DNA of 64,000 nucleotides from a virus (Duplodnaviria > Heunggongvirae > Uroviricota > Caudoviricetes), in the IMG/VR virus record IMGVR_UViG_3300007609_001205, positions 40,834 to 104,833 of that record. One strand, written 5' to 3'. Shown here piece after piece: positions 40,637 through 51,086 of this stretch (the first letter of the stretch is position 1; every line of letters starts with the position of its first letter). Below the pieces are notes generated by a model that was given only the letters and a program-made list of their open reading frames with translations, did not search any database and was not told where the DNA came from. The translations under genes were made by a program, and so were the position numbers.

Positions 40637-41071
40637 TTATACAAGGTCAACTTGTCCATCTTTTTGTTGCTGGTCATATAAATCACTAATCTGATTTGCC
40701 CTTGCGACACTCTCAATACCATAATTATTAATTATTCCCGCGAATGTTGTAAGATCAGGTTTAACCAACTTAATTTTACCCGATTTTGGATCTATCGTGA
40801 TTTTATCCAATTCAGTTTCGATAAGGATATCAACACTCTCATCGTCATCGAATGCATCTAAAAGATTCTCATTAAAAGATACCATTAATTCTTTATCCAA
40901 AATAAAGGCATAGTGGTCAGGTAATTTAGTCAATTTAACCAACTCCTTTTGTTTTACATTTCCAATAAATTGGAATCGCATGGCCATCGGAAAAGCCTTT
41001 TTTTCGAAAACTCTCATAAAAGTTTCCTTTGTAGTTTCATCTAACTCTTGAAATTTATCCATTTTATCCAT
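40637..41071 (-). CDS. hypothetical protein
   Basis: 144-aa ORF. Confidence 0.5.
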   Translation of the reverse strand: MDKMDKFQELDETTKETFMRVFEKKAFPMAMRFQFIGNVKQKELVKLTKLPDHYAFILDKELMVSFNENLLDAFDDDESVDILIETELDKITIDPKSGKIKLVKPDLTTFAGIINNYGIESVARANQISDLYDQQQKDGQVDLV

Positions 41072-41115
41072 TGTAGTAATTGTTTTTTTAATTATATGAA
41101 AATCAACGAGTTAGT

Positions 41116-41541
41116 TTAAAAAAAAGTAAAAAAAGTTGATATAATAGAAATTACTGCAATTGTTGAAGCAATATAAATGTTCCTCAATAATTTTCTTGAA
41201 TCCAACCTTTTATACGAAACAACAATCAAATATGAATATTTATCGACTTTCTTTATTGGTTCTTCTCTATCAAATCCATACAATTCAGCCAAACCTTTTG
41301 AATTCAAGTATTCAGACAATTGCTTAACAAATTCCTTTATATAATTCTCAGCAATAGTATCAATATCACCCGTTCTAATATTATAAGGTTCTTCAAAAAG
41401 GTCTTCCGGAATATTCAATACTGTATATAACCTACTCGCATTATCAATCCGCATACCAAATTTCTTTTTAATTTCCCCACGATTCTCTTTCAATGTTTTT
41501 GAATAAGAAAAGTAAAGATCCATATCTTTCAATAAGCCCAT
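41116..41541 (-). CDS. hypothetical protein with C-terminal TM anchor
   Basis: C-terminus IYIASTIAVISIISTFFTFF. Confidence 0.45.
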   Translation of the reverse strand: MGLLKDMDLYFSYSKTLKENRGEIKKKFGMRIDNASRLYTVLNIPEDLFEEPYNIRTGDIDTIAENYIKEFVKQLSEYLNSKGLAELYGFDREEPIKKVDKYSYLIVVSYKRLDSRKLLRNIYIASTIAVISIISTFFTFF

Positions 41542-41578
41542 ATTAATTATATCTATTTTATAGTAAATTGTTTATAGA

Positions 41579-44383
41579 TTATATATCATCATCAAGTTGT
41601 CTCTGTCTTATACTCATTAGATAATTTTTCAAAGTACCCGATGAACCAACTACACTCGATATGTCAGCAAGCAATGCTGCTACCGTATCCAACTTATCAC
41701 CCAACCCATTCATATCCACTTCCTTGGATGTAGAACCAGCAACAGAAACAGCCGTACCTGATTCACTTCGTTTCTTATCCATATCAAGAGTAAGTTGCCC
41801 AAAAACATCCGACTTCTGTTCTAATTTAGTCATCATCATATCAAATTGATCAGGGTCAATTAATGATAACATTACAACAGAAGATGATAATGATCGTATT
41901 GCCTGCATTTTTTCAAGATCCAATGAACTGATTGAATCAGAGAAACGTTCCATAGATGTACCAAGTTTCTCAAAAGAATCTGCCATAACAACTATGGTAT
42001 CAGTATCTCTCAACCTCTCTACTATATCAAGATATCCAAATATCGCACCTTTTACACCTTGCATATAATATTCATCCGGATAGAACATCCAATTACCCTG
42101 TGAAAATATCCTATCAACCTGTAAAATTCCTTCGGCAATATCAGGAAGTCCAAGACCAACAAAATCAAGCAATTCAGTTGCAATTATATTCAATAGATCA
42201 ATTTCCCTAAAAGCACGTACAAAACTTGTAAGTGTTGCAGAAACACCGCTTATCCATTCAGTTGTTGGAAATTTGGAATAATCCCCTTTACTCAAAAGAC
42301 TGGAAACAGTATAAATAGAACCAGCCATTGCAACCATAGAAGCAGTTCCTATCGCTATCATTGGACCGAACATGATCGAACCAACACCAAATGCTGCAAG
42401 AACACCACCAAATTTCAACAAAGTCATTGCAGCACCGGACATCCAATCAGTTGTTGGGAATTTACTATAATCACCTTTGGATAAAAGCAATGAAACAGAA
42501 TATATTGTACCCGCAACCGCGAGAATAGACATAGACCCAAAAAGAATAGCCGGACCCATAACAGCCATACCTAGTGTCATTATACCAAATGAGGTCATTG
42601 TGAGTGCAACACCACCTACCCAAGCAATCCCGGGATAAGCATTCGTATCATAATTACCCATTGCTAATATATGTGATGTAGCAACTATGGTAAATGCAAG
42701 TGTAACTACTGATGCTGCACCGGCTGCCAATACCAATGCGCCTGTCCCACCCGATGCAACCATTAAAGCACCGAGTGCCAATGTTGATACACCAAATGTA
42801 AGTATAGAAAGACCAACTCCCGCAACCCAACTAACATCTGGATATGTTCCATATTCACCCATTGATAATATATGAGAACTTGCTGCAATAGTAGAAGCAA
42901 TTATAAGAACAGATGCCCCACCAACAAGGTAATCACTTACCTTACCCAACCTACCAACGGCAACCATTGATAATCCCAAAACCGGGGTAACAACAGCTAA
43001 TGCAAGACCCAAACCAACAACTGTTAATAGTTGATCAACACGTAATGGAACTATTGCACTCATTATAATAGATGAAGCTGTTATGGCAGTAGATACTGCC
43101 GTAAAGAAAAGAGGCATCATAAATAACTTACCAACACCCATTGTTTTCTCAAGTATCACCATACCAATAGCAATCTTATCCATAAAATATGATATACCAG
43201 CAAATATACCAGCAATAACAATCGATGTAAGTGCTTGTGTCATAGATATGGGTACTATAAGATTCATCACCCAAGATGAAGCTGTTATGGCAGTAGATAT
43301 AGAAACAAGGCTTAAAAACAGCTTACCTGGATTGATTTTATGTTTATCAAAAGCAGCAACACCTTTCATCATCTTATCCATATTCATCGCAACAACTGCA
43401 AATGTACCCGATATCATTATCGCAGTAAGTCCTTGTGTAAAGGAAACCGGTACTATTAAATTCATGACCCAAGATGCAGCAGTTATAGCACCCGAAATTG
43501 ACATCAAAGCCAATAAAACTTTCTTACTATCAATACCAGCAGCTTCATACTCAGCAACACCCTTCATCATCTTAGACATACTAGAAGAAATTATAGCAAA
43601 TGTACCTGAGATAACAATTGCAGTCAAACCTTGACTAAATGATATAGGAACTATTAGGTTCATCGCCCATGATGCTGCAACAATACCCGCACTTACCGCA
43701 CCAAACATAGCAAGGACACTTGATGAACTCACATTTGCCTTGTCATATTCAGAAGCACCTGACATCAATTCACTCATACTACTTGCAATGATAGAGAACA
43801 TCCCAGCAATTATAAGACCAGTTGCCAATTGAAATGGACTGACCGGAATAACCAATTGTAGTGCCCAAGAGGAAAACGCAATTGCAGATGCCATAGTAGC
43901 AGTAACACCAAATAAACTTGCCATGTTCCTTGGTGTCAGATCTTTCATCTCTGCAATTCTTTCAAATGCATACGCAATCAATGGTAATGATATGGATAAT
44001 GCTATCACAGAAGCCCAGTCAACTGTTCCAACCAGTTGGAAAGCCAATCCAATTGCCATAACTGCACCAGCAATCAAGACAATTACACTCACACCATCTT
44101 TCAACATTTCTTTCTGCTTACCTGCTCCCTGAAATACCTCAGATGTTGGGGATTGTTGCTGTTTTTGTAATTTTATTATGGTTTCTTGATTATCAAGTAT
44201 TTTCTTATTATCCTCTTTCAATGATTCAATTCCCTCTGATATTTCCAATAAACCCCCCGAAAATCCACCTCCTTGCATTGCACTTCCAACCGAAGAAACT
44301 TGCTTCTTATTATCTAAATGATCAGCAACTTGTTGTAAGGCTTCTGCCACATTATTCAAGGCATTAAGTAATTCTCTATCCAT
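41579..44383 (-). CDS. tail tape measure protein candidate with internal tandem repeats
   Basis: 934 aa with coiled-coil ends. The centre holds four or more ~65-aa hydrophobic repeats (SSWAMNLIVPISFSQGLTAIVISGTFA...SSMSKMMKGVAEY) and a second family (SLLSKGDYSKFPTTDWMSG ×2). The late-promoter-like motif lies upstream. Confidence 0.6.
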   Translation of the reverse strand: MDRELLNALNNVAEALQQVADHLDNKKQVSSVGSAMQGGGFSGGLLEISEGIESLKEDNKKILDNQETIIKLQKQQQSPTSEVFQGAGKQKEMLKDGVSVIVLIAGAVMAIGLAFQLVGTVDWASVIALSISLPLIAYAFERIAEMKDLTPRNMASLFGVTATMASAIAFSSWALQLVIPVSPFQLATGLIIAGMFSIIASSMSELMSGASEYDKANVSSSSVLAMFGAVSAGIVAASWAMNLIVPISFSQGLTAIVISGTFAIISSSMSKMMKGVAEYEAAGIDSKKVLLALMSISGAITAASWVMNLIVPVSFTQGLTAIMISGTFAVVAMNMDKMMKGVAAFDKHKINPGKLFLSLVSISTAITASSWVMNLIVPISMTQALTSIVIAGIFAGISYFMDKIAIGMVILEKTMGVGKLFMMPLFFTAVSTAITASSIIMSAIVPLRVDQLLTVVGLGLALAVVTPVLGLSMVAVGRLGKVSDYLVGGASVLIIASTIAASSHILSMGEYGTYPDVSWVAGVGLSILTFGVSTLALGALMVASGGTGALVLAAGAASVVTLAFTIVATSHILAMGNYDTNAYPGIAWVGGVALTMTSFGIMTLGMAVMGPAILFGSMSILAVAGTIYSVSLLLSKGDYSKFPTTDWMSGAAMTLLKFGGVLAAFGVGSIMFGPMIAIGTASMVAMAGSIYTVSSLLSKGDYSKFPTTEWISGVSATLTSFVRAFREIDLLNIIATELLDFVGLGLPDIAEGILQVDRIFSQGNWMFYPDEYYMQGVKGAIFGYLDIVERLRDTDTIVVMADSFEKLGTSMERFSDSISSLDLEKMQAIRSLSSSVVMLSLIDPDQFDMMMTKLEQKSDVFGQLTLDMDKKRSESGTAVSVAGSTSKEVDMNGLGDKLDTVAALLADISSVVGSSGTLKNYLMSIRQRQLDDDI
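42280..43950. repeat. intragenic tandem repeats (~195-nt period) within the tape-measure gene
   Basis: Protein-level repeats are mirrored at the DNA level. The antisense ORF 43083..43634 is also internally repetitive. Confidence 0.55.
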
Positions 44384-44443
44384 TAGTAACTTTTAATTAT
44401 GAGTTATATATAAATTATACAAAGACATCTTAATATATAAACT

Positions 44444-44917
44444 ATGAAAACAAACAATATTATGGGGTTCAAGTCATTCATACATAAAGTAAAAGAGTCA
44501 TACCGAGATAGGAAAAAAGATGAAATATTGGATAAGATGATTGCCAAAAAACCAATAACTGATTTTGAAAAGGAATTTTTAAAAAATTTCGACACAATAG
44601 ATACAAAGGATATGATGGATTTTGTTATGCTCGATAAACAAACTACACATAATCAAATAACTTACTTACTCAATAAAGGTTGTAAAATAATATGTAACCT
44701 TTCCGACAGAAATGGTAAAATAGGACTTCCCATAGTATCAATATACAATGATTTCAATGATGAATTCTCAACTGTCAAAGTTACAAGTGGTGAAAAATGT
44801 AAATTGAAAACAAATTACCTATACAACATAATATACAATAACCGAAAAAATGAATATTCATTGGAAGAACACGATGTATATTATGAAAAAATACCAGTAA
44901 ATAACGATGATACTTAA
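44444..44917 (+). CDS. hypothetical protein
   Basis: 157-aa ORF. Confidence 0.4.
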   Translation: MKTNNIMGFKSFIHKVKESYRDRKKDEILDKMIAKKPITDFEKEFLKNFDTIDTKDMMDFVMLDKQTTHNQITYLLNKGCKIICNLSDRNGKIGLPIVSIYNDFNDEFSTVKVTSGEKCKLKTNYLYNIIYNNRKNEYSLEEHDVYYEKIPVNNDDT

Positions 44918-45176
44918 ATTCAAAGAATTCAATGAGGCAAATGGTATAGAATGGTTGGGTCCAGTTGGACCGGGTTGGCCAGAAACAAAAACACCGAATA
45001 CATTAAGTGATAATGATACAAATATCAAGCAATGTGAAATTGATAATAAATTATACACATACGATGATTATCAAACCATATATCAAGAATACTTAAAATT
45101 GGGCAATGGTCCATTGAATGGATTTACATTGGATAATCTCAACACAGTAGTCCAAACATTACAAGAAGAGAATTAA
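44907..45176 (+). CDS. hypothetical protein
   Basis: 89-aa ORF. Confidence 0.35.
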   Translation: MILKFKEFNEANGIEWLGPVGPGWPETKTPNTLSDNDTNIKQCEIDNKLYTYDDYQTIYQEYLKLGNGPLNGFTLDNLNTVVQTLQEEN

Positions 45177-47425
45177 ACATTATATAGAGGTATTTTCACA
45201 TCTACATTATTCAATGTAAGACATAAATATCCATATGTTGCTCCTGTTGTAGATGCAGTTGCAATAGGTGAATATGTTGAGCCAACAACAAACTGTGAAC
45301 CAGTTGATACTACTGCCTTATAACCAAGTGCAATTGAATCATCTGAAAATGATGAACCTGGTTGTACAAAACTCTCAGCACCAATAAATACACTATGACT
45401 CCCTGTATGAACTCCACCAGAACCAAAACCTACACTTACATTATAACCACCGGAAGTATTAGAACCACCAGCGTTAAATCCAATATATGTATTCTGACCA
45501 CCGGTCGTGTTACTTGACCCAGAGGTATATCCTAAAAATGTATTATTATTACCCGTTGTATTAACAATTCCAGCATCTCTTCCAAAAAAAGCATTTTGAA
45601 CACCATCACTTGACCTACCCGCCCTTTGACCAACATAAGTATTCTTTGAACCTGTTGTATTTAAATAACCTGCCTCGTGTCCAACAAATGTATTACATTC
45701 ACCACTTATATTAAAACGCCCCGATGAAGAACCTATAAATGTATTTCGAAACCCTATGGTATTAACTTGACCAGATGCATTACCCATAAATATATTATCA
45801 TTCCCACTTGTATTGGATTTACCCGACCAATACCCTACAAATACATTCCTAGAATTCGTATTAGCTTGTCCTGCCTCATACCCCACAATAACATTACACG
45901 AACCTAAAACATTTGACTCACCAGAGCCATCACCCACATAAACATTCCGACCACCACTAACATTTGACTCACCCGAAGAAAGTCCCAAAAAAGTATTTTT
46001 TGTTCCACTTGTGGTGTTCCGCCCAGCAGCATAACCAATAAATGTATTATCACCACCGGTGGTGGAAACTCCTGTATGGGACCCAATAAACACAGAATTT
46101 GATATAACTGAAGAACTACCACCAGAACTTCTACCAATAACAACAGAATCTGTTATATTTGTTGATGCAGAAGCAGCAGCAATACCCATAACAGTAGCAT
46201 CACTTCCAATATTCGAAGGCTCTTTATATGTAACAAAAACATCACCATTCAAAACGTCAATATAACCAGCAGACCCTGTTGCACCTGTTGCTCCCATTGG
46301 ACCAGTTGCCCCAACTGAATAACTAGTACCCATTGTAGATAAATCCACTAACTCAATGTTACCACCATTTACAATACTCGAACCCGTGGCTGCACTCAAA
46401 GTACCATTCAATATCACCACTTGTCCAAATGTTGCAATGTCAAGTGTACCGAATACCTCAAGATCACCATAAACAAAATAACTCTGATAATTACCAACAC
46501 TCACTGTTTGACTTGCCGTTATGGTATATTGTGGATAAACTGGCTCAATTGGTAATTGATAAATACCTTGTGCCCCACCAACATTATATAAAGAAAGACC
46601 CGTGCCTGCAATCAGATCAATTGATATATCACGAGTTACCAATGAAGGTTGTTCTACATTTATACCGGTACCACCCAAAACATTTGCCAATAGGTCAACT
46701 TGTTGAACTGACCCTGAACCTGAATTGACTATTGTCCCTGAACCTGAAATTGTTCCATTTATAACAACTACTTTCCCATAATTATCCAATAGACCATCAA
46801 CTTCAAGATCCCCATATGTCATGTACAAGGATTGGGTTGATACACTCACTGTTTCACCGGTTGGTATCGACCATTGTGGATATGAAGAACCATCCGAAAA
46901 TTCTTGTCTTTCCCATGCACCACTTAAATAAGACCATATTGGTCCCTGATCATCATCTACTCTAATTGACATCCCCTCTGTCGGACTCGTATAAGACCAA
47001 GTACCACCATTGAATTCGGCAATTTGGTCATCTTTACCTAACCATCCACCAACACCACCGTATATGAGATACCTATCCCCCGTACTCGGAACTAAAAGAG
47101 ATGGGTCTCCTGTACGTGTAACTGCAGAATCCTGCCACTCAGTTGTGAAACTTGCACTTGGACCCAATGCCAATAATTGCCAATTTGAATTATCATAAAG
47201 ATCAGAAGAAACCAATTGTTTCAATTGATAGAAATCATCACTACCTTCAACATAAACCATCATACCAAAATCCCTTCGGTCAGTCGGTATCTGATTTCTT
47301 TCCGCCAAATTACTCACTGTATGAAGACCACCCTTTATCTCATCGGCATATGCCGTTGGGATGGTCATCCCTGTTGTAAGTGGTCTGATCGGTGAAGATA
47401 CTAATGTTCCTTTATTCTGAGCCAT
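45173..47425 (-). CDS. tail fibre/spike protein with beta-helical GxSNTxG repeats and a short collagen-like tract
   Basis: More than 14 repeats of a ~14-aa unit (NTFIGYAAGRNTTSG / KNTFLGLSSGESNVSGG ...) plus ATGPMGATGATGSAGY. The late-promoter-like motif lies upstream. Confidence 0.6.
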   Translation of the reverse strand: MAQNKGTLVSSPIRPLTTGMTIPTAYADEIKGGLHTVSNLAERNQIPTDRRDFGMMVYVEGSDDFYQLKQLVSSDLYDNSNWQLLALGPSASFTTEWQDSAVTRTGDPSLLVPSTGDRYLIYGGVGGWLGKDDQIAEFNGGTWSYTSPTEGMSIRVDDDQGPIWSYLSGAWERQEFSDGSSYPQWSIPTGETVSVSTQSLYMTYGDLEVDGLLDNYGKVVVINGTISGSGTIVNSGSGSVQQVDLLANVLGGTGINVEQPSLVTRDISIDLIAGTGLSLYNVGGAQGIYQLPIEPVYPQYTITASQTVSVGNYQSYFVYGDLEVFGTLDIATFGQVVILNGTLSAATGSSIVNGGNIELVDLSTMGTSYSVGATGPMGATGATGSAGYIDVLNGDVFVTYKEPSNIGSDATVMGIAAASASTNITDSVVIGRSSGGSSSVISNSVFIGSHTGVSTTGGDNTFIGYAAGRNTTSGTKNTFLGLSSGESNVSGGRNVYVGDGSGESNVLGSCNVIVGYEAGQANTNSRNVFVGYWSGKSNTSGNDNIFMGNASGQVNTIGFRNTFIGSSSGRFNISGECNTFVGHEAGYLNTTGSKNTYVGQRAGRSSDGVQNAFFGRDAGIVNTTGNNNTFLGYTSGSSNTTGGQNTYIGFNAGGSNTSGGYNVSVGFGSGGVHTGSHSVFIGAESFVQPGSSFSDDSIALGYKAVVSTGSQFVVGSTYSPIATASTTGATYGYLCLTLNNVDVKIPLYNV

Positions 47426-47496
47426 TTAATTAAATAGATTTTAACTATATATTAAATACCTATTGTAGTTTACCAAAAATTACTTATCTTTGTATT

Positions 47497-47937
47497 ATGA
47501 AAGAAAAAGAATTAGTTATTGTAGTACGTGAATTTGATAAACTGAATCTCATAGAAAATGATATGTATTCAGAAAATCCCGATTTGTATGAAAATTACAA
47601 ACTTTCTGATTTACCACTTGTAAAATATACAGAAAAACTCAAAAAAGAAAATAAGACATTGTTAGAAAATTTCAATGCCATATCTAAATCACTTGATAAT
47701 GATGAGGAATTTGTATATTATTTATCCGTAAAAAATGATCTTTTATACATTGCTGGATATGATACATTTGCAGAAGGTCGTGAAAAACTTATGGATCTTG
47801 TCAAAGAATTGAAATTGGATATTGAACTTATCGATTATAAGATTCCACTAACAAGAACTCAGAAAGAAGACCTCCGAAAGTTAATAGATGATGTATATGA
47901 GGGGAATGTAGATGCATTCTATTACGAATACTTCTAA
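47497..47937 (+). CDS. hypothetical protein
   Basis: 146 aa; TATCTTTG lies 8 nt before the ATG. Confidence 0.45.
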   Translation: MKEKELVIVVREFDKLNLIENDMYSENPDLYENYKLSDLPLVKYTEKLKKENKTLLENFNAISKSLDNDEEFVYYLSVKNDLLYIAGYDTFAEGREKLMDLVKELKLDIELIDYKIPLTRTQKEDLRKLIDDVYEGNVDAFYYEYF

Positions 47938-49370
47938 TTCAATTTAAGCCTTCTGATGTGATATCCCAATGTGTTCCATAATATGGAATAGATATCATCA
48001 AATTCATCATACCGTATCCTTACCATATTGATATAGTTATCCTCACAGTAATCGTTCTTTATCTGGTCGTTTTCTCTGAGCAAATAATATGATGTCGTGC
48101 CACCGAATAACTCTACCGGTTGGTAATGTTGGATACCATCGAATTCTATACATGTTCTCATAGAGGGGATGTAGAAATCAAATGGTAACTTTTTTTCATT
48201 TACACAATCTTCAAATTTATGTTTATATGAATATGTTATATCATACTTATTCAAAAATTTCATTATCCCCTTTTCACCTTTCGAATGATTACATTCAGGA
48301 CAACCAACACCACTCAAATGTGAATTAGGTGTTTGTTCAAAATCTCCGTGGTATGGACAAGTTATTAAAATTTTTTCATTCGATTTCTTATAAACCGACT
48401 TTTCATATTTGTATCTGAATTCATGTATAAGATTTGCTTCTGATATAAATTGGTGTGTTGTTTTTTTCAACAGCCTCATTTCTGGTCGATCACCTCTTAG
48501 ATGATATCTAGGTTTTTGTAAATATATAATATCACGAAATTTTATCTTAACAGGTGTATCTGTATCAACATATTCAACTAATGAATAATCATATCTATCC
48601 TTAAATATTTCAACAGACTTTCTTATAAATGTTTCTGTATCTATAACATTTAAACCCTCAGGCCTCAATCCTTTTAAATGATACTGTGGACATTGATTAT
48701 AAATCCTCTCACGGAATTTTATCTTAACAGGTGTTTTCATATTAACATAATCAACCATTGAATAATCATATCTATCTCCAAATATTTTAACAGACCGACT
48801 TATGAATTCACTTTTAGTCAATTTACTACTACAACTAAATTCAGGCTTTCTCCCCATTAAATGTTTAGCAGGTGTTTGTTCATAAATTATACCATCATAT
48901 ATTATCTTCACATGTTTATTCATTGATTCGTATTCAACCATTGAATAATCATATCTATCTTTAAATATTTTCACGGAATCACTTATAAATTTATCAGTAG
49001 TATACATACGTTCACATTTATAACCACACAAATGATTATTAACAATTTGTCTATATTCTACACCCTGATATATCAAAGTAATAGGCTTTGTACTACCTTT
49101 AAATTCTGATTTAGAATAATCATATTTATTATGACCCCACAACAATTTGGATTTATTTATGAAATCATCAGTATTCCTTATTCGAGATTCTTCTGGACAC
49201 TTACCATTCAAATGATACACAACTTTTTGTTTAAAAAGTAACCCTTTATATCCAATGAATACATAATCACTACTAATAACTTTATCAGGAACTGATTTAT
49301 AATCATATTTACATTTAAATATCTTATTCGATTTATTCACAAATTCTTGCTTAGTCATACTTTTCACCAC
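47934..49370 (-). CDS. DUF559/Vsr-like homing-endonuclease-type protein with degenerate zinc-ribbon repeats
   Basis: Six ~48-aa repeats (KIFKDRYDYSMVEYESMNKHVKIIYDGIIYEQTPAKHLMGRKPE); only the last keeps C..HG....GVGCPEC. C-terminus LPFDFYIPSMRTCIEFDGIQHY. Confidence 0.6.
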   Translation of the reverse strand: MVKSMTKQEFVNKSNKIFKCKYDYKSVPDKVISSDYVFIGYKGLLFKQKVVYHLNGKCPEESRIRNTDDFINKSKLLWGHNKYDYSKSEFKGSTKPITLIYQGVEYRQIVNNHLCGYKCERMYTTDKFISDSVKIFKDRYDYSMVEYESMNKHVKIIYDGIIYEQTPAKHLMGRKPEFSCSSKLTKSEFISRSVKIFGDRYDYSMVDYVNMKTPVKIKFRERIYNQCPQYHLKGLRPEGLNVIDTETFIRKSVEIFKDRYDYSLVEYVDTDTPVKIKFRDIIYLQKPRYHLRGDRPEMRLLKKTTHQFISEANLIHEFRYKYEKSVYKKSNEKILITCPYHGDFEQTPNSHLSGVGCPECNHSKGEKGIMKFLNKYDITYSYKHKFEDCVNEKKLPFDFYIPSMRTCIEFDGIQHYQPVELFGGTTSYYLLRENDQIKNDYCEDNYINMVRIRYDEFDDIYSILWNTLGYHIRRLKLN

Positions 49371-49494
49371 ATATTATATTTGTATGTATATATAATAACA
49401 GATAGCTCCCCTATTCCCCCTCAACTCGTTATTTCTATATTATACCCATCCTATACGGGATTTGGTAATATATAATTAAAAGAAATTACATAAT

Positions 49495-50709
49495 ATGGCT
49501 AAGAAAAAAAGTAGTAAAAAATTCACATTCTCGGAAGTAGGTAATCTGTTAAATGATATCACCAAAAAAGTTCCTGTTGTCATTGAAACAGAAGCAAAAG
49601 AAAAGCATTTTATTGATACTGGGGTTTATCTTTTAAATGCAGCATTAAGTGCTGATATGTTGAATGGCGGAGTACAACACGGTAAGATATTCACTGTTGC
49701 CGGTGATTCTGGAACGGGTAAAACATTTGTTGCACTATCAATTGCAAAAAATGCACAAAGAGATGGTATGGGTGTTATATATATTGACACAGAACATAGT
49801 TTGAATTATGATGATTTAGCAAATTATGGTATCGATAATGATACTGAAAAGTTCAAACTTATAAGAGGTAATAAAGTTGAAGATATTAATATCCTCCTAA
49901 CACAATTATTGGATTCACTCAAAGAACAAAAAATAAAAAATGGTTCTATCGACCCATTCCTAATTATACTAGATTCTGTTGGACAAATGAGTTCAAACAA
50001 AGAAAAAGAAGATTTAATATCTGGGAATCTTAAAGTTGATATGACAAGAGCAAAAGCATTAGCTGCTATGTTCCGTTCAATTAACACTGATCTAGGATTT
50101 TTAGAAATTCCAATGGTTGTTTGCAACCATGTTTATCTTGAACAAGGCCAAATGTATCCTTCTCAGGTCTTGAAGGGTGGAAAAGCATTGGTGTATTCAA
50201 GTTCGGTTATTGGTATGATGTCAAAAGCAAAATTGAAAGATAATAATGTCGATGATATGGACCTTGGGCAATCAGGTATTGTCGTAACGTTTAAAACTGC
50301 TAAAAACAGATTAGCAAAACCAAAGAAAATTAAATTTGAAATATCATTCATATCCGGTATGAACCCATACACAGGCTTAGATGCTTTCTGCCGACCAGAA
50401 TATTATGAACAAATCGGAATTGCAAAGGGTAAAGAAGAAGTCGACAAAAAAACGGGGGAAATAACATTCAAACCCGGTGGTCATAGATGGTATATTAGAC
50501 ATTTAGGTAAATCAGTCTATTCAAAAGACCTCTTTAAACCAAATGTTTTCACACAAGAAGTTCTTGAAACTATGGCACCGATTATAAATGATTACTTCAG
50601 ATACCGATCAGTTGATGAAATTGAAGAATCTGTCAAAGAGTTTGATGAAATACAAGATAACGGTGTAGTCGAAGGTGAAGACTTCGATGCAGGGGAATTA
50701 TTCGAATAA
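49495..50709 (+). CDS. uvsX: UvsX/RecA-family recombinase
   Basis: The Walker A motif GDSGTGKT, and LDSVGQMSSNKEKEDLISGNLKVDMTRAKALAAMFRS aligning with T4 UvsX IDSIGNMASKKETEDALNEKSVADMTRAKSLKSLFRI. Confidence 0.85.
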   Translation: MAKKKSSKKFTFSEVGNLLNDITKKVPVVIETEAKEKHFIDTGVYLLNAALSADMLNGGVQHGKIFTVAGDSGTGKTFVALSIAKNAQRDGMGVIYIDTEHSLNYDDLANYGIDNDTEKFKLIRGNKVEDINILLTQLLDSLKEQKIKNGSIDPFLIILDSVGQMSSNKEKEDLISGNLKVDMTRAKALAAMFRSINTDLGFLEIPMVVCNHVYLEQGQMYPSQVLKGGKALVYSSSVIGMMSKAKLKDNNVDDMDLGQSGIVVTFKTAKNRLAKPKKIKFEISFISGMNPYTGLDAFCRPEYYEQIGIAKGKEEVDKKTGEITFKPGGHRWYIRHLGKSVYSKDLFKPNVFTQEVLETMAPIINDYFRYRSVDEIEESVKEFDEIQDNGVVEGEDFDAGELFE

Positions 50710-50744
50710 AAGATAGTGTGATCAACATTGTTCATCACCATTCA

Positions 50745-50775
50745 GAAAAGACCTCAATAGAGGTCTTTTCTTTTT
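50745..50775 (+). terminator. intrinsic terminator (GAAAAGACCT-CAATAG-AGGTCTTTTC + T5)
   Basis: 10-bp perfect stem followed by a T-run after uvsX. Confidence 0.7.
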
Positions 50776-51046
50776 AATACTCCCAACTACTAATTATCTC
50801 TTCTAATTGATCACTAACATCTCCTAAGGAATCAACTGATTGATTTCCGTGTGGGTATGGAGTTTCATCTTGGATGTACTGTTTGATCCTATCAAGTTTC
50901 TCAAGTATTTTTTTCTGATCTTTTGGAATTTGTCTTTGACGTTCTTCCATTTCCTTGTCTGTATAGAAGTTGTTTGTGTTGTTGTTCTCTATCATATTAC
51001 AAATATAATAAAAATATATACAACATGGAATATTTAAATTCTTCAA
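50774..51046 (-). CDS. hypothetical small protein
   Basis: 90-aa ORF. Confidence 0.35.
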   Translation of the reverse strand: MKNLNIPCCIYFYYICNMIENNNTNNFYTDKEMEERQRQIPKDQKKILEKLDRIKQYIQDETPYPHGNQSVDSLGDVSDQLEEIISSWEY

Positions 51047-51086
51047 AGAGTATTATAATAATGATTCTTTTTTTGATAAAAAATAA

